This document shows positions 30,003 to 39,624 of a stretch of 64,000 nucleotides of DNA, one piece after another. Source of the stretch: Nitrosopumilus sp. (lineage in GTDB: Archaea > Thermoproteota > Nitrososphaeria > Nitrososphaerales > Nitrosopumilaceae). The notes under the pieces are model-generated. The model did no database searches. It saw only the letters and a list, made by a program, of their open reading frames with translations, and had not been told where the DNA came from. Each line of letters begins with the position of its first letter. Within the stretch, counting starts at the first letter, position 1. Location of the stretch: NCBI GenBank assembly GCA_965238275.1, contig OZ250186.1, positions 224,001 through 288,000 of the forward strand, in the 5' to 3' direction. Made by a program: the position numbers and the translations under genes.

Positions 30003-30632
30003 CTACTGGATCCTGTCCCGTCCGCCCTTTGCGGTTCGAAAGACGTTCATGCCTATGAAATAATTCTCATGCAGGGACCGCAGATAGATTATCTTGTCCT
30101 TTACGTCCCGGATCTGTTTTGGGGTCGCATCCGGATCATTCTTCAGTATTTGAAGATCCTTCTTTGCCTCGTTCAGGAAAGAGTCCACTCCACGCTCATA
30201 GTTTGAAAGGCCGCCAAACTCCGGGCTCAGGACATGCTGGGGGACATACCTGGGGGTGTTGTCTATGGGGATCTCTGCCTTTCTCGTAAGCGACTCCTGC
30301 TGCTCTGCAGTGAGGATCGGTCTTGGGAACCTGTCCTTCTTGTGCAGGAAGAACTCAGGCTCGCCCATGTCGCGTCTGAATATCTCCTCGCCCTGCCTCT
30401 TAAAGGTATGAGTGGCCTTCTTTGCAGCGCTTGTCTTGACTGCAACTGCAATTGCCTTGTATTCGGCCTCGGCAGCAGCCTTGGCCTTGGCCTTGGCCTC
30501 CTCCACTTTTGCCATTGCCGCCTTTAGCGCGGCCTCTGCATCCTCGAGGATCTTTGCCGGGCTCTCTGCGGCAACGGGCGCATCGGCTACAACGTCTTCT
30601 GCCGGTACAGCCTCTGCTTTTTCGGACATCAA
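30003..30632 (-). CDS. Hypothetical protein with an Ala/Glu/Lys-rich N-terminus
   Basis: 209-aa ORF directly upstream of the hemA-like gene on the same strand. Confidence 0.7.
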   Translation of the reverse strand: MMSEKAEAVPAEDVVADAPVAAESPAKILEDAEAALKAAMAKVEEAKAKAKAAAEAEYKAIAVAVKTSAAKKATHTFKRQGEEIFRRDMGEPEFFLHKKDRFPRPILTAEQQESLTRKAEIPIDNTPRYVPQHVLSPEFGGLSNYERGVDSFLNEAKKDLQILKNDPDATPKQIRDVKDKIIYLRSLHENYFIGMNVFRTAKGGRDRIQ

Positions 30633-30752
30633 AGGTAGCTTGAATACCCTGAATTTTAATATTCTTCTATGTGCATTCCTGACAGACCGGCATCGACCAA
30701 TGCATGCAGGAGTCGTGGTTCGGCAGCCACATTGCGCATGAAATAGGATTAA

Positions 30753-30830
30753 TGGCGCCCTCGGCGGGATTTGAACACGCGTCTCAGCCGTGACAGGGCC
30801 GAATTCTAGACCGGGCTATACTACAAGGGC
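30753..30830 (-). tRNA. tRNA-Asp(GTC); CCA encoded
   Basis: Reverse complement folds with acceptor GCCCTTG/CGAGGGC, anticodon arm CGGCC-CTGTCAC-GGCTG and T-loop TTCAAAT; one T-stem mismatch. Confidence 0.85.
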
Positions 30831-30877
30831 ACAAATAATCTGGGCCATATCACCTGATTAAAAGTTTCTGTCACGAC

Positions 30878-32323
30878 TAGTTAGTTTCACAACTATGCCT
30901 TACCGTCATCCAAATTTCAACGACGCCAAAACATGGCCGTTTTGTTCACGCCATCGCTATCGCCTCACGTGCCACTGCCAGCAGCATGTTGTATGTCCGG
31001 ATCCTTATTGCAATCTCTTGTACTATGTTTTCCATCTTTACCGCGTTGACCGAGCAGCCAAATATCCTTTTGAGTGACGAGAATACGATCTCTACCAGCC
31101 ATCGCCGCCCGTACCCCACGCGCTCCTTCCATTCCTTTTGGTTGGAGACGCGTTCGTCCACGTCTAGCGAGGCCAGCTTCTTCGGACTGGGGTTGCTGCC
31201 ACACATCTGATCCTGCGCGGCAAGCCCGCGCGTCCTGCCCACTCCATTGGCCCGGCCGTTGGCGTTTTTCTTTATCCTGATGAGCGGCACGATGCCTAAT
31301 CTGTGACAGTATTCGAATATCGCCCTCGTGTCGTATCCTGCATCTCCACGCAGTTCTATTACGATCTGCCCTCCCCCTGCGTGCATGACCGGGCAGAAAG
31401 GCACACGGCCGTACGGCCCGGTCGCGTTCTCGACGCCGGCCGCACAGGATCCGTCCGGGACATCCCCGGCATCGGGATGATCCTTGCTTTGGGATTTTTT
31501 GGAACCTGCTGCACGCCGTGCTTCCCTTACCTTCGCCTTGCCGACGCCGTCCCTGAGTCCTGCCGCATCCAGGCCGAGAATCTTCAGCGAGTCGTCTACG
31601 AGATCATTGAACTGGGACGAGTCGCCTTTCCTCTCGTCAGTCACCCTGAAGGCCAGTATTTCCCTCGTCTCCTGGTTTATCATGACGCTCAGCTTGATGA
31701 ATCCGCGCACCTTTCTGTGCTTGTGGTGTATCCAGTCGCTGCGCGTGGAGGGTGCGAGTCCGGTGGCGTCAGGCACCAGGCACAAGACGTCGCTGCCGTT
31801 TTGGATTGCAGTCACGCCACCCTCCTGCCGCACTTTCATGCCGCGTATCCTTCTCCACAGTGTGACGTGGTCTGGGGCGTCCTCTTGGCCAAGTGCCGAC
31901 ATGGCCATCCCCTGACACATTCGGTACGACAGGGTGCCGTAGATTGAGCGTATTCCTGCAATTGCCATCACGGCCACGTCCGGGTACTGGTATGGGCGCC
32001 CGTTCTTGTTTGCGTTCATGCGATCCAGTTCTCCGTCAGAGCCGGGATCCTTTTGCAGGTGGAGCAGCTTGCCCATCTCCACGTACCTGGCATCGTTTTG
32101 GGCGTGCGTTATCTTTAGCCGCGATTTCTGCTTGGCCGGTTTTTCTTCATTCCTGTCCATGATTGCACACAGTTGATCTGATCCTTGTGCTTTTCTGCCT
32201 AAGATGGTTGATCATCGTATTGATTTTTGTTGGCTTGTGTCGTCTTGACGGCGGCATGGGCAGACGGCGATGCCATTCTGGAATGACTGGCATGGATGCT
32301 GGGCAGGGTTGTGAAACAAACTA
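30878..32323 (-). mobile_element. IS5-family element (1446 bp), copy 1
   Basis: 16-bp IRs TAGTT(A/T)GTTTCACAAC; 8-bp TSD GTCACGAC at 30870-30877 and 32324-32331. Confidence 0.92.
30946..32160 (-). CDS. IS5-family DDE transposase
   Basis: GRPYQYPD, PDHVTLWRR, DATG, GDAGYD, YGRRWLVE. Confidence 0.9.
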   Translation of the reverse strand: MDRNEEKPAKQKSRLKITHAQNDARYVEMGKLLHLQKDPGSDGELDRMNANKNGRPYQYPDVAVMAIAGIRSIYGTLSYRMCQGMAMSALGQEDAPDHVTLWRRIRGMKVRQEGGVTAIQNGSDVLCLVPDATGLAPSTRSDWIHHKHRKVRGFIKLSVMINQETREILAFRVTDERKGDSSQFNDLVDDSLKILGLDAAGLRDGVGKAKVREARRAAGSKKSQSKDHPDAGDVPDGSCAAGVENATGPYGRVPFCPVMHAGGGQIVIELRGDAGYDTRAIFEYCHRLGIVPLIRIKKNANGRANGVGRTRGLAAQDQMCGSNPSPKKLASLDVDERVSNQKEWKERVGYGRRWLVEIVFSSLKRIFGCSVNAVKMENIVQEIAIRIRTYNMLLAVAREAIAMA

Positions 32324-32425
32324 GTCACGACTGCTGTTGCTGCTGCTGCTGCCTTGCAGTCGACTCATGACATGCAGCACGTTTGTGCGAACCAGCCAAA
32401 AAACTACATGTTACAGCGATAACAT

Positions 32426-32689
32426 TCAGAGCCCGAGATCCTTCTTCATCTCTAGGAACTCTTCCCGGGTTATCTCCCCGTTGGCGTATCTCCTTTTTAA
32501 CACGGTCAGCGGATCATCTTGCTGCTGTTCTTGGGATGGCATGTTGCCTGCAATATTCTTGGACACCTTACTCGTCGCCTTGTTCACGCCGTCGGTAACC
32601 GGCCCGTCAATCAGGTTGTCTGTAGCCTTGACCCCTTTGTCCAATGCCTTGCCGGCTCCCTTTATGGCCTTGCTCAAATACCCGCCCAT
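32426..32689 (-). CDS. SHOCT-domain small protein
   Basis: C-terminal DPLTVLKRRYANGEITREEFLEMKKDL. Confidence 0.85.
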   Translation of the reverse strand: MGGYLSKAIKGAGKALDKGVKATDNLIDGPVTDGVNKATSKVSKNIAGNMPSQEQQQDDPLTVLKRRYANGEITREEFLEMKKDLGL

Positions 32690-32732
32690 GCTACAGGTAG
32701 CACATTATTGGATTTATGTGTATTTCTGGCGC

Positions 32733-34178
32733 TAGTTAGTTTCACAACTATGCCTTACCGTCATCCAAATTTCAACGACGCCAAAACATGGCCGTTTTGT
32801 TCACGCCATCGCTATCGCCTCACGTGCCACTGCCAGCAGCATGTTGTATGTCCGGATCCTTATTGCAATCTCTTGTACTATGTTTTCCATCTTTACCGCG
32901 TTGACCGAGCAGCCAAATATCCTTTTGAGTGACGAGAATACGATCTCTACCAGCCATCGCCGCCCGTACCCCACGCGCTCCTTCCATTCCTTTTGGTTGG
33001 AGACGCGTTCGTCCACGTCTAGCGAGGCCAGCTTCTTCGGACTGGGGTTGCTGCCACACATCTGATCCTGCGCGGCAAGCCCGCGCGTCCTGCCCACTCC
33101 ATTGGCCCGGCCGTTGGCGTTTTTCTTTATCCTGATGAGCGGCACGATGCCTAATCTGTGACAGTATTCGAATATCGCCCTCGTGTCGTATCCTGCATCT
33201 CCACGCAGTTCTATTACGATCTGCCCTCCCCCTGCGTGCATGACCGGGCAGAAAGGCACACGGCCGTACGGCCCGGTCGCGTTCTCGACGCCGGCCGCAC
33301 AGGATCCGTCCGGGACATCCCCGGCATCGGGATGATCCTTGCTTTGGGATTTTTTGGAACCTGCTGCACGCCGTGCTTCCCTTACCTTCGCCTTGCCGAC
33401 GCCGTCCCTGAGTCCTGCCGCATCCAGGCCGAGAATCTTCAGCGAGTCGTCTACGAGATCATTGAACTGGGACGAGTCGCCTTTCCTCTCGTCAGTCACC
33501 CTGAAGGCCAGTATTTCCCTCGTCTCCTGGTTTATCATGACGCTCAGCTTGATGAATCCGCGCACCTTTCTGTGCTTGTGGTGTATCCAGTCGCTGCGCG
33601 TGGAGGGTGCGAGTCCGGTGGCGTCAGGCACCAGGCACAAGACGTCGCTGCCGTTTTGGATTGCAGTCACGCCACCCTCCTGCCGCACTTTCATGCCGCG
33701 TATCCTTCTCCACAGTGTGACGTGGTCTGGGGCGTCCTCTTGGCCAAGTGCCGACATGGCCATCCCCTGACACATTCGGTACGACAGGGTGCCGTAGATT
33801 GAGCGTATTCCTGCAATTGCCATCACGGCCACGTCCGGGTACTGGTATGGGCGCCCGTTCTTGTTTGCGTTCATGCGATCCAGTTCTCCGTCAGAGCCGG
33901 GATCCTTTTGCAGGTGGAGCAGCTTGCCCATCTCCACGTACCTGGCATCGTTTTGGGCGTGCGTTATCTTTAGCCGCGATTTCTGCTTGGCCGGTTTTTC
34001 TTCATTCCTGTCCATGATTGCACACAGTTGATCTGATCCTTGTGCTTTTCTGCCTAAGATGGTTGATCATCGTATTGATTTTTGTTGGCTTGTGTCGTCT
34101 TGACGGCGGCATGGGCAGACGGCGATGCCATTCTGGAATGACTGGCATGGATGCTGGGCAGGGTTGTGAAACAAACTA
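32733..34178 (-). mobile_element. IS5-family element (1446 bp), copy 2
   Basis: Same IRs as copy 1; 8-bp TSD TCTGGCGC at 32725-32732 and 34179-34186. Confidence 0.92.
32801..34015 (-). CDS. IS5-family DDE transposase
   Basis: Protein identical to 30946-32160. Confidence 0.9.
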   Translation of the reverse strand: MDRNEEKPAKQKSRLKITHAQNDARYVEMGKLLHLQKDPGSDGELDRMNANKNGRPYQYPDVAVMAIAGIRSIYGTLSYRMCQGMAMSALGQEDAPDHVTLWRRIRGMKVRQEGGVTAIQNGSDVLCLVPDATGLAPSTRSDWIHHKHRKVRGFIKLSVMINQETREILAFRVTDERKGDSSQFNDLVDDSLKILGLDAAGLRDGVGKAKVREARRAAGSKKSQSKDHPDAGDVPDGSCAAGVENATGPYGRVPFCPVMHAGGGQIVIELRGDAGYDTRAIFEYCHRLGIVPLIRIKKNANGRANGVGRTRGLAAQDQMCGSNPSPKKLASLDVDERVSNQKEWKERVGYGRRWLVEIVFSSLKRIFGCSVNAVKMENIVQEIAIRIRTYNMLLAVAREAIAMA

Positions 34179-34296
34179 TCTGGCGCGTTCTGGTTATACC
34201 GTGCGTACACATTTGCATATGGCGTTGTCCGCATTCGGGTCGAGATGCGCCAAGGTCTGGTAAAGGACTAAATTATACGCGCCAGACATGAGGCTG

Positions 34297-34370
34297 GGGT
34301 CTATGGCGCAGCCAGGTAGCGCACCGGACTTTTAATCCGGCTGTCAAGGGTTCGAATCCCTTTAGACCCG
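34297..34370 (+). tRNA. tRNA-Lys(TTT), likely integration site
   Basis: Acceptor GGGTCTA/TAGACCC, anticodon arm CCGGA-CTTTTAA-TCCGG, T arm AAGGG-TTCGAAT-CCCTT. Confidence 0.93.
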
Positions 34371-34518
34371 CGTTATTAACGATGCTTTTATAGGTTCCAC
34401 ACGCATATGAATACATGAAGTTGGCAAAAGACGAGATCGTCAGGACGGGGGACGCGAATCCGCTGGACCTGTTCACGCAGGGCATAAGGACCGAGGCAAC
34501 GCGGGAAAAGTATACCAG

Positions 34519-35689
34519 AGACATAATCCGTAATTAGAAATTGTGCATATTTTCCTATATTGTGTAGGTTTTTGACTCCTACCCGATTGCTTCCCGGACT
34601 AGGAGAACCCTGAGGTTGGCAAATCCGCAAACGATGTCATTGATGGTGTCATATTTTTTCAGGCGGTTTCGGTAGACACCGCCCATTATGCGAAACCGTT
34701 TGACCCTGCGGATGGCGTGCTCCACATACACCCGTACCTTTGAGTGTTTTTTGTTGAATTCCTTCTGCTCGGGGGACAATTCTGCACCTTTTTGCTTCTT
34801 GTACGGCACTACGGCATCCCGGTCAGGAAACTCCTTGTTGATCCCCTGGTATCCGCCATCCAGGATCTCTCTGACCTTGATCCTTTTCTTGTCCTTGCTC
34901 CCGTCCTTGCGTGGAAGGTTGTCAGGGAATGTCGGGTGTTTCTTTTTGAATACTGCAAAGTCGTGGATCCTGCCCGGGGAATGCCGGGTCTTGTGAAGGA
35001 TGAGGCCGTCCGTGGCCGATGTGTACTGGACCTTGGACGTGTGCCTGTGTGCCTTGCCCGAGTAGTGGGACCGTTCCATGTCCTTGCGCCCGGGACGTTG
35101 TATCTGCTGCTCGGAGGCATCAATCAGGGCAGTCAGGCCCGGAATGATCTCCTCAAGATCGTCAAGCGTCTTGGTGGCCTTGATGCTGGCGTAGATCTTT
35201 GACGGAAGCGGAACGCACTGCCGGATCGACGGCTCCAGTGCCCCCATGCTGCGGGACACGCTAGCCTGGCCCACCTGAAACACCATGGCAAGAAGATCCT
35301 GTGTGGCGTATGTCCTGTAATAAAACAGGACCAGAAGAAACCTGTTTTTCAGATCCAGTTTCCACCTGCGTCCGGCACCAATGCCGCGCACCCTGCTTCT
35401 TTTGGAGAGTCGCTTTTGCTCTGCCCTGGGGTATTTTTTTGCCAGCCGCCCTGCCACCAAATTAAATTCGGAGACTGTCAGTCCAGTGCACCGGATGAAC
35501 AGTTTGGGCTTTTTTGCTAATTTGTCGTATAATGACATGCTTTGACATGGGCAATCAGAATAAAACACGGCTGACGTATAGTTTTGATCATCGGGTAAGT
35601 TCGAATTGACATGCAATTCCGTGCAATCAACCGGATTTGTCCTGCAATGCGTCCAATCGTGTGGTTATACCCAATTACGGATTATGTCT
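34519..35689 (-). mobile_element. IS5-family (DDE_Tnp_4/ISL2-like) element inside the integrase gene
   Basis: 17-bp perfect IRs AGACATAATCCGTAATT; 3-bp TSD CAG at 34516-34518 and 35690-35692. Confidence 0.9.
34579..35538 (-). CDS. IS5-family transposase (HTH + DDE)
   Basis: IDASE..IQRP, YSGK, HDF, DGGYQG, RVYVEHAIRRVK. Confidence 0.9.
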   Translation of the reverse strand: MSLYDKLAKKPKLFIRCTGLTVSEFNLVAGRLAKKYPRAEQKRLSKRSRVRGIGAGRRWKLDLKNRFLLVLFYYRTYATQDLLAMVFQVGQASVSRSMGALEPSIRQCVPLPSKIYASIKATKTLDDLEEIIPGLTALIDASEQQIQRPGRKDMERSHYSGKAHRHTSKVQYTSATDGLILHKTRHSPGRIHDFAVFKKKHPTFPDNLPRKDGSKDKKRIKVREILDGGYQGINKEFPDRDAVVPYKKQKGAELSPEQKEFNKKHSKVRVYVEHAIRRVKRFRIMGGVYRNRLKKYDTINDIVCGFANLRVLLVREAIG

Positions 35690-37362
35690 CAGGACGCTAC
35701 GCAAGATAGTGTGCGAGTTCCTCGAGGAGATACTCGAGGGAACCTTTGAGGAACGCGTGGCACAGCTGGTCCGGCACGGCAGGGAGGAGCCGGAGTGGAC
35801 GCGCGACCTGCTGCTGAACCTGTCCAGAAAGATCCGGGAGAGGACAGTCCTACCGCACGACGACCCGAACTACCTCAACCCGGCATCATTTGCCAACTAT
35901 TTCAAGCCAATCAAGAAGCTCTTCGACATGACAGACGTGGCGATCCCGTGGAAGAGGATCTACGCCACGTACCCCGAGCTTGACAACGTGGCCGCATCGC
36001 GCGGATGGACCAGGGAGGAGATCGGCGCGATGGTCACGCACTCGCGCGACAGCATGGAGCGGGCCGTGGTGCTGGTGCTGGCAAGCTCCGGCATGCGGGC
36101 AGGGGGGCTGGACATGGAGTGGCGCGACATTACTCCCGTGTACCGCGCAGGCGACAGGCTCCTGCTGGATCCGGGGGCAGAAGGCCACGATATCGCGTGC
36201 GCCATGCTGGAGGTGTACCGGGGGTCGACCGAGAGTTACGTCACGTTCATAACGCCGGAGGCGTACGACGCCCTGCGGGAGTACGGCCGCGCGTGGGCCG
36301 AGAGGATGGGGCGCATGCCGGACCCGAAGGATCCGGTGTTTCTGATCAAGAAGGGTCCGCCCAAAAGGGCGTCATACAAGGTCCTCGGGCAGCTGCTCGA
36401 CAAGACGGCGGCGCGCGCCGGGCTGCGCGGAGGCAGGGCAAAGCAGGCAAGGAGATTCGACGTCCCGCTCATGAACGGGTTCCGCCGGTTCTGGAACAAG
36501 ACGTGCAAGGAGGCACTGTCCCAGGACTCGCCGCTGGCCTCGCTGATAAAAAAGGAGTTCATGATGGGCCACAGGGGACTGGTGCCGCTTGACAAAAACT
36601 ACTTCAAGACAACCGCGCTGGAGCTTGCGCGCGAGTACGTGGCAATCGTGCCCGACTTGACGATAAGCGACGTACCCAGACTCAAGCAGTCCACCAAGCG
36701 CATGTCCGAGAACATCCAAAAGCTCGAGTCTGACAAGGACGCCCGCATAAGGCAGCTCGAAGAAAAGGTAGTCGGGATGGAAAAATCCGGGCACAGGGAC
36801 GGGAAGGACGACGAGATAACGTTGCTGGAAGCCAAGGTGGCCCAGATGGAAAAGTCCGCAAGTAAGGCAGGCAAAAAAGATGACAGGGTACGGCTGCTCG
36901 AGGAAAAGGTAGCCCGAATGGAAAAACTGACCGCGTCTGCACTTGACATGGAAAGCCGCATCAGGGACTCCGAGAGGGACGTGAAACAGGCCGTCAAGGA
37001 GGACATCGGCAAACTGGCGGCACTGCTGGAAAGCCTGAAGGAACACTACGAGACGAACATGGAAGAGGTCAGGGCCTCAAAGAACAGACAGATAAACGAC
37101 CTCAAAAAGACGATAGAACGCCTGAAAAGCGGCGCAAAGTCAGACGCGCCGTCCGAGTACGAGATCAGGACCGCGCTGGACGAGACAGAAGACGACTGGT
37201 CAGATGGCCACGACCTGCCGTCCAGATCAGACTGAGCACGCCTTGTTGAAAACGTAACCTGAATTCCCATGTTATCGCTACACATTCCTGTGGATGACAA
37301 CCGGACCGGAACAGGTTTCGTGCAGATCCTGTCGCCGCGACATATTGGCAAAAAAATGGAAT

Positions 37363-38136
37363 TCAGAGGAACCCTCTTCTAGCCTTTTCTTTTCTGTCCT
37401 CTATATCCAGTTGTTCCTGCAACCACGCATGTCTTTTTTTCTCATATTCCGTTATCGGGGTCGTCCTGCCAATCGTGTACATTTTGTCTGACAATCCACA
37501 CGACTCGTCCAGTATCGCGTCCAGCCGCGTCTGGTTCCCCTTGATCTTGACCGGCCGCTGCCACGCGGGGCCGTCTTTCATTTCTGGCATTATGGTGCCC
37601 GCAGGCATTGTCTGTAGCTTCGGCTTGATCGTCTCTTGCATTGCCTGCGGTTTCGGCGTAATCGTCTCTTGTGCCTTTCCCGTCCGCCGCCTAGCTTCTG
37701 CCAGCACCAAGTTGTGCTTGGTCATCATCTCTCCCAAATCTTCCACCCTTTCCATGTCCTTGGTTAGCTCGTCGTTAAGGTCTTTGAGCCTTTCGTCTTC
37801 CTGTTTTGTCCTGTTCTTCTTCTCCATCAGCACCGCCGCCTCTGCCAGCATGTCGTTCCACCACCGCTTCTCGTCCCTGTTTCTCATGTAGCCTATCTTT
37901 TCCAGATCCCGTATCCTTTCGTCCTTTTCCATCTCCTTTTTCAACTGCTCCCGGATTCTTGCCTTGATCGTTTCCATATTTTCCTGCTTGTCCATGTACA
38001 ACCCGTCTTCATCCATCCTCACGTGCACCTTTGATCCCTTTTCAATACCCATCTGCTTTGCAGCCTTCTTCGGTATGCCAACGTATATGGTCGATTTGAC
38101 CTGCAATGCTGTCATTATCCACGTTGTCTCTTCCAT
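37363..38136 (-). CDS. AbrB/MazE-like DNA-binding domain fused to a charged coiled coil
   Basis: IYVGIPKKAAKQMGIEKGSKVHV matches the swapped-hairpin consensus; E/K/R-rich remainder. Confidence 0.7.
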   Translation of the reverse strand: MEETTWIMTALQVKSTIYVGIPKKAAKQMGIEKGSKVHVRMDEDGLYMDKQENMETIKARIREQLKKEMEKDERIRDLEKIGYMRNRDEKRWWNDMLAEAAVLMEKKNRTKQEDERLKDLNDELTKDMERVEDLGEMMTKHNLVLAEARRRTGKAQETITPKPQAMQETIKPKLQTMPAGTIMPEMKDGPAWQRPVKIKGNQTRLDAILDESCGLSDKMYTIGRTTPITEYEKKRHAWLQEQLDIEDRKEKARRGFL

Positions 38137-38287
38137 GCCGCGTGTTCCTGTTCAGAGTTTAAGAACATTGTGCGTCTTCCTATGCTACCGATGCTATCTA
38201 TGTCACAAATACCCGATTTGCAATATACTATTTTACCCATTTCCCCCAGTTTCTCAGCTTTTGGCAGTCAGATTTCCCAGTCCTCCG

Positions 38288-38479
38288 TTATTTTGTCATG
38301 GCAAAAGCGTCCATCATTTCCAGCATTACCAGCACATCTGGTTCCGGCCAATACTCGAACCCCTCGGCATCTGACCAATACACAGTCCAGAAGTCTGTTC
38401 CGTTTACCCAGTACCGACAGTCAATTCTTCCAGCCCATCCGGAATGACGTCCCCGGTTTTGTCCGCCATTGGTTGTCAT
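38288..38479 (-). CDS. Small hypothetical protein (63 aa)
   Basis: ATG-start ORF co-oriented with the AbrB-like gene; no motif recognised. Confidence 0.35.
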   Translation of the reverse strand: MTTNGGQNRGRHSGWAGRIDCRYWVNGTDFWTVYWSDAEGFEYWPEPDVLVMLEMMDAFAMTK

Positions 38480-38882
38480 GTGATCGCCGTACCGACATAA
38501 TCATTCACGTTGTCCCAAGATGAACCGGATACCTTCTGGTCCCCTCTCGCCCGCTCATACGTCTACAGGGAGACCAGTCTTCAGTCAGTGGTGATTACTC
38601 GGCTTTTGGCCCACGGTAGAATCCCCGACTCACACGGTTCGGGTTTGGCCTCTTGGTGGCTTTACCATACGCGGCTGATACCCCACACGGAAAGTCTGGC
38701 CTCTGGTTCATTCTCTGTAGATCACGTTGTCTCAGACATGTTTTGGCAACGTTTTGGCATCTTTGGACTTGGTCTAAGGGGTTTTCCCACATGGCCTAGC
38801 TTGACCCTCCCTTTGGCTTCATCCACTGTCATAACCGACTTCCAACTGGCTTGACGAGTCTTGAACTTGGCATGTATTCACA

Positions 38883-39003
38883 AGGGGGACTCGTTCATGT
38901 CTTGGAATGTAGGGGGACTCGTTCATGTCTTGGAATGTAGGGGGACTCGTTCATGTCTTGGAATGTAGGGGGACTCGTTCATGTCTTGGAATGTAGGGGG
39001 ACT
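38883..39003. repeat. 28-bp tandem repeat AGGGGGACTCGTTCATGTCTTGGAATGT x4.3
   Basis: Exact units at 38883, 38911, 38939 and 38967 plus a 9-bp partial; no spacers. Confidence 0.95.
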
Positions 39004-39624
39004 TGACGTGTTTACGACTTTACATTATTGAAGACATCAATTAGACCAATTCCCAAAGTCTGAAGCCCCGAAGGATCAACCAAGCTAGATCCCTCGGACA
39101 GCCGGTCTTTGAAAGTCCAGATGGATAAGACCTGGTGACAGCCTAACAAGCGGGCGGGGGTATGTAGTAGTATCATGATCGACTCTGTTGGAGTTGTATC
39201 CTGACGTTGTGCCCTGTTTGTATGGTGGATTGGTTCTATGGTGGAACGGCTTCCGAATTCTACGATGGTACGGTTGATTGGTTCATGGTGGAGCAGTATA
39301 GGTCTGGCCCTATTGGCTCTGAAGGGATGAATTGGTCAGAACAAACCGGAACTGTGGGGCAGTGGAGGGATGGAAGGTAGGGAACAGCCTCTTCACAACT
39401 GAGGACCCCCAGTGAGGCTCCCAAACGTCCCATTTCCAGAATCCCATTCAGGGAATACCCACCCACCACCCGAGTTTTAATTGGCAGACGCCGGCAACGT
39501 AAGGCCGCCTCCGCCCTTAGGCTCCGGCGGTTAACGATGATACCATCAGCAGTATCAACACTGGACGATATCACGACGACATGACATGACATGGACAAGA
39601 GAAAGGGGGCTAATCATGTTCACA

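Larger units (their letters stand above)
34415..37235 (+). pseudogene. Tyrosine recombinase/integrase with a C-terminal coiled coil, interrupted by an IS
   Basis: ATG 34415 MKLAKDEIV...EKYTR continues in frame as TLRKIVCEF once the IS and one CAG copy are removed; SSGMR, MNGFRR, MMGH and NY catalytic motifs. Confidence 0.88.

Noticed and set aside
30878-34178. Composite transposon that delivered the SHOCT gene
   Set aside because: Each IS has its own TSD and the outer flanks do not match, so these are two independent insertions
35637-35692. ORF-track start of the integrase (MSCNASNRVV...)
   Set aside because: These codons come from the IS end; the real N-terminus starts at 34415
38883-39003. 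Possible CRISPR array (28-bp repeats)
   Set aside because: Repeats are directly adjacent with no spacers, and there are no cas genes in the window
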